Shown here: positions 61,401 to 64,000 of the stretch, one piece after another
Numbering within the stretch: position 1 is the first letter of the stretch
Layout: every line of letters starts with the position of its first letter
Assembly (NCBI GenBank): GCA_002780005.1
Contig: PEWV01000075.1
Span: forward strand, 14,133 to 78,132
Direction: 5' to 3'
From: Candidatus Aquitaenariimonas noxiae
Lineage (GTDB): Bacteria > Omnitrophota > Gorgyraeia > Aquitaenariimonadales > Aquitaenariimonadaceae
DNA: 64,000 nucleotides
Notes under the pieces: generated by a model
What the model was told of the DNA's origin: nothing
The model's database searches: none
Seen by the model: the letters and a program-made list of their open reading frames with translations, nothing else
Translations under genes and position numbers: made by a program

Positions 61401-62952
61401 ATAAAGCTTGAGGCTTCTTCGATAAGAAGGCATGAGGCGTGTCATTACCCATGGAGCCTACGGGTTCTTTTCCGTCTTCAGCCATAGGCTTTATGATCAC
61501 TTTGACATCTTCCCGGGAATAACCAAAGGCCTTGAGATAGGATACTATATCTTCGGATTTTTGACTTTTCACACTACTACTGGTAAGTTTTCCAAGATCA
61601 ACCATGTTCTCGGCATTCCATTCTTCATACGGACAACGGGCGGATACGCTCTTTTTTATCTCAGAATCATGCACAATAGAGCCCAATTCTGTATCTATAA
61701 AAAAGATCTTACCCGGCTCAAGTCTCCCGGAAACCTTAATGCTAGAGGGCTCTATGTCGAGAACGCCGACTTCGGACGCCATAACCACAAAATCGTTTTT
61801 GGTTACGATGTAACGGGCAGGGCGCAAACCATTCCTGTCAAGCACGGCCCCAATACATCTTCCGTCGGTAAAGGCTACTGCCGCCGGGCCGTCCCACGGT
61901 TCCATAAAACAGGCGTGATATTTGTAAAACTCTTTGAGTTCTTTGTTCATAAATTTATTGTGCTCCCAGGCCTCCGGGATCAGCATCATCATAGCGTGTT
62001 CAAGGGGCCTGCCGGATAACACTAAAAGTTCAAAGAAGTTATCGATCGTGGCCGAATCGCTTCCGCCTTCAACGATAACAGGCTTCGCCTTCTCTATATC
62101 CGTGCCGAATAATTCGCTTGCGATCAACCTCTCTCTCGCGCTCACCCAATTTATATTGCCGCGCAGGGTGTTTATTTCCCCGTTATGAGCTAAAAACCTA
62201 AAGGGCTGCGCCAGATCCCAGGTCGGAAACGTATTGGTGCTGTAACGGGAATGTACTAACGAAATAGCGCTTTCAATATTTTCATTTTTCAGATCAATGA
62301 AAAAATCTCCAAGCTGACTCGGCGTCAATAACCCTTTATAACTCAACGTCCTGGATGAAAGGTTGGTAATATAAAAAAATAATTTCTGCTTTAGCTCTGA
62401 TGCGCGGATAGTTTTTTCTATTTGCCTGCGAATAACATATAGCTTGCGCTCAAAGGAAAGCGCATCCTTGGCATTTTTACCCTGCGCTATAAAGATCTGG
62501 CGGATCACGGGTTTTGTCTCTTTTGCGGTTGTGCCTATTATAGAATCATTTACAGGCACATCCCTCCATCCGAGTATTTTTTGCCCTTCTTCCTCTACGA
62601 TTTTATCAAATATGCCTATGCAAAAATTCAGTTCCTGCTTATCCGTAGGCAGAAAGATGAGCCCCGTACCGTAAGTGCCGGGATCGGGCAGGGAAACCCC
62701 TGCCCGACGGCATTCTTCCGACAAAAACTTATGAGGGATCTGGATAAGGATACCAGCGCCGTCCCCTGTATTAGGATCGGCGCCAACGGCTCCGCGGTGG
62801 CTCAAACGGTTTAGGACCTTAAGCCCCTGCCTTATAATTTCGTGGGATCTCCTACCTTTAATATCACAGACAAATCCCACGCCGCAGCTGTCATGTTCGA
62901 ACTGCGGGTCATAAAGCCCCTGTTTATGAGGAAACCGGTTATGCATCGTCAT
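58411..62952 (-). CDS. gltB: Glutamate synthase large subunit
   Basis: HDSCGVGF, HNGEINT, QVASGRFG, KPGEGGQLPG, C-terminal GXGXG repeats. Confidence 0.97.
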   Translation of the reverse strand: MTMHNRFPHKQGLYDPQFEHDSCGVGFVCDIKGRRSHEIIRQGLKVLNRLSHRGAVGADPNTGDGAGILIQIPHKFLSEECRRAGVSLPDPGTYGTGLIFLPTDKQELNFCIGIFDKIVEEEGQKILGWRDVPVNDSIIGTTAKETKPVIRQIFIAQGKNAKDALSFERKLYVIRRQIEKTIRASELKQKLFFYITNLSSRTLSYKGLLTPSQLGDFFIDLKNENIESAISLVHSRYSTNTFPTWDLAQPFRFLAHNGEINTLRGNINWVSARERLIASELFGTDIEKAKPVIVEGGSDSATIDNFFELLVLSGRPLEHAMMMLIPEAWEHNKFMNKELKEFYKYHACFMEPWDGPAAVAFTDGRCIGAVLDRNGLRPARYIVTKNDFVVMASEVGVLDIEPSSIKVSGRLEPGKIFFIDTELGSIVHDSEIKKSVSARCPYEEWNAENMVDLGKLTSSSVKSQKSEDIVSYLKAFGYSREDVKVIIKPMAEDGKEPVGSMGNDTPHAFLSKKPQALYNYFKQLFAQVTNPPIDPIREKLVMSLESFIGPEKNILEETPKHSHKLMVKNPILTDDELERIRDISINGFKTKTIYTFFDAASGREGFVRALERISFEAEYAIEKGYSFIILSDRGSGKDNIALPSLLATSAVHQHLVRKTIRSQVAIIIESAEPREVHHFALLFGYGADCVNPYLAYEGIEYLITQKEIRLELKSALKNYNKALTDGILKILSKMGISTLRSYRGAQIFEALGLDNEFIDKYFTGTVSRIGGVGLSGIADEYISRHMSAYYERDIDSPYLSSGGIYQWKKDGESHLWNPETIHALQDATLENSYDRYREFANIINDQSANPTTLRSLFKFSSEKTKAIPINEVEPIENIMRRFATGAMSFGSISRLAHETIAIAMNRIGGKSNTGEGGEDPNRFITLPNGDSRRSAIKQVASGRFGVTTNYLVNADEIQIKIAQGAKPGEGGQLPGHKVSEIIARTRYTTPGVTLISPPPHHDIYSIEDLAQLIFDLKNVNPTARISVKLVSEIGVGTVAAGVAKGRADMILISGGDGGTGASPLSSIRYAGLPWELGLSETHQTLVLNNLRSRTRIQTDGQMRTGRDVAIAALLGAEEYGFCTAVLIVMGCVMLRHCHLNNCSVGVATQDDILQKHFSGRPEYIVNYFRFVAQELREIMASLGVRTIDEMIGRTDLLHVNKNLIPLKVKEIDYSKILYKPDLPESVGRYCKSKQESGLDTVLDKELIKLCKDAFEKNKPVKLSLEINNTNRATGTMLSGEVTRKCGDGILLEDTIMCKFRGIAGQSFGAFLAKGITLELEGMANDYVGKGISGGKIIIYQDRTAQYKPDENIIIGNTTFYGAISGEAYICGVAGERFCVRNSGLHAVVEGVGDHGCEYMTGGRIIILGKTGRNFAAGMSGGIAYVYDEDGTFKDKCNMDMIKLEGMKEGDKDVIYHLLHNHFKYTKSEKAKKITGNMREELKKFVKVIPIEYKRILEGIKVEEKLDLVEASDG

Positions 62953-62963
62953 TAAAACTCTCC

Positions 62964-64000
62964 CTACAGAATCGGTAGATACTTTTCAAGCTCATACTGT
63001 GAAACCTGGATCCTGTAATCATCCCATTCTTTCTTTTTTAACTCAACAAACCTTGGGAATATGTGGTCTCCCAATATTTTTTTAACAAGTTTACTTTCTT
63101 CGGTTATTGCTATTGCCGCGCCAAGACTGTCAGGCAATGTTTCTATGCCTTTTTCTTTTCTTTCGATATCTGTCAAATGGTACAGGTTCTTATCCATAGG
63201 GGCCGGCGCTTTATACCTTTTTTCTATACCCTCAAGGCCTGCGTGAAGCATTGCCGCAAAGGTAAGATATGGGTTGCAAGCCGGGTCGCAGGCCCTGAAC
63301 TCACATCTTGTTGCCTTTTCTTTTCCCGGATAGTAAAGCGGTACCCTTATAAGCGCGCTCCTGTTCCTCCTGCTCCAGGCTATATAGACTGGCGCTTCAT
63401 AACCAGGCACAAGCCTCTTGTAGGAGTTTACCGTCTGGGCAAATATTGAACATATCTCTTTTGAATGTTTCAGGAGGCCCGCTATATAGTAATGGGCTGT
63501 CTCGGAAAGGCCATCTTTTGCCTTAGGGTCAAAAAACGTATTCTTCTCGCCCTTAAACAGGGACTGGTGCGTATGCATACCGGAACCGTTCTGACCGAAG
63601 ATAGGCTTTGGCATAAAAGTAGCGTATACGCCGAATTTATTGGCTATTTCTTTAACGGCCACCCTGTATGATATAACATTATCGGCCATCTTTAGGGCAT
63701 CGTCATATCTCATGTCAACCTCATGCTGGGAAGGGGCAACTTCATGGTGCGAGTACTCTATACGCACGCCCATCTTCTCAAGAGCCAGTACCGTTTCTCT
63801 TCTGAGATCGCTTGCCACATCGAGAGTCGTCAGATCGAAATACCCGCCTTTATCCAAGATACCTGTCCCCTGATCGTTCTTGAAATAGAAGAACTCCAGT
63901 TCCGGCCCGACATAATAATGGTCATAACCCATTTTCTTTGCCCGCTCAATGGCTCTTTTCAAAACGTAACGCGGATCGCCTTCATAAGGCGTTTTGTCCG
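62964..64000 (-). CDS. glnA: Glutamine synthetase type I, 5' end outside window
   Basis: GPELEFF, HHEVAP.QHE, FMPKP..GQNGSGMH, RLVPGYEAP, NRSALIRVP motifs. Confidence 0.96.
   Translation of the reverse strand, partial: DKTPYEGDPRYVLKRAIERAKKMGYDHYYVGPELEFFYFKNDQGTGILDKGGYFDLTTLDVASDLRRETVLALEKMGVRIEYSHHEVAPSQHEVDMRYDDALKMADNVISYRVAVKEIANKFGVYATFMPKPIFGQNGSGMHTHQSLFKGEKNTFFDPKAKDGLSETAHYYIAGLLKHSKEICSIFAQTVNSYKRLVPGYEAPVYIAWSRRNRSALIRVPLYYPGKEKATRCEFRACDPACNPYLTFAAMLHAGLEGIEKRYKAPAPMDKNLYHLTDIERKEKGIETLPDSLGAAIAITEESKLVKKILGDHIFPRFVELKKKEWDDYRIQVSQYELEKYLPIL

Overview
Bacterial chromosomal segment with every credible gene on the minus strand; gene content suggests an anaerobe, plausibly Candidatus Omnitrophota/PVC (inference only). 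From right to left it holds glnA (partial)-gltB-gltD, a frameshifted PEP/pyruvate-binding-domain gene, a purine/pyrimidine/His operon (purSQL-pyrG-carA-half carB-guaA-hisHF-purF), an Rrf2-associated metal and oxidative-stress region, a cluster of three histidine kinases and four receiver proteins, a type IV pilus operon, rpe/tal, thiol-redox genes and queDCE. The main unexplained signal is a family of short insertions with 13-14 bp inverted ends (CCCCGTTAGA...TCTAACGGGG), 4 bp flanking duplications and unrelated interiors. Four complete copies and one solo end sit at sites where they appear to do little damage: exactly on the G-F-T prepilin cleavage codons of two minor pilins (rebuilding G|FT and supplying a new start), at the hisH stop/hisF start overlap, and right after the stop of a small ORF. 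Other signals: 7-nt tandem repeats in pilin leaders, enzyme loops and intergenic hairpins, a one-base frameshift in the major pilin leader, two unannotated Cys-rich micro-ORFs behind a putative Rrf2 operator, and kinases carrying c-di-GMP-type binding motifs.
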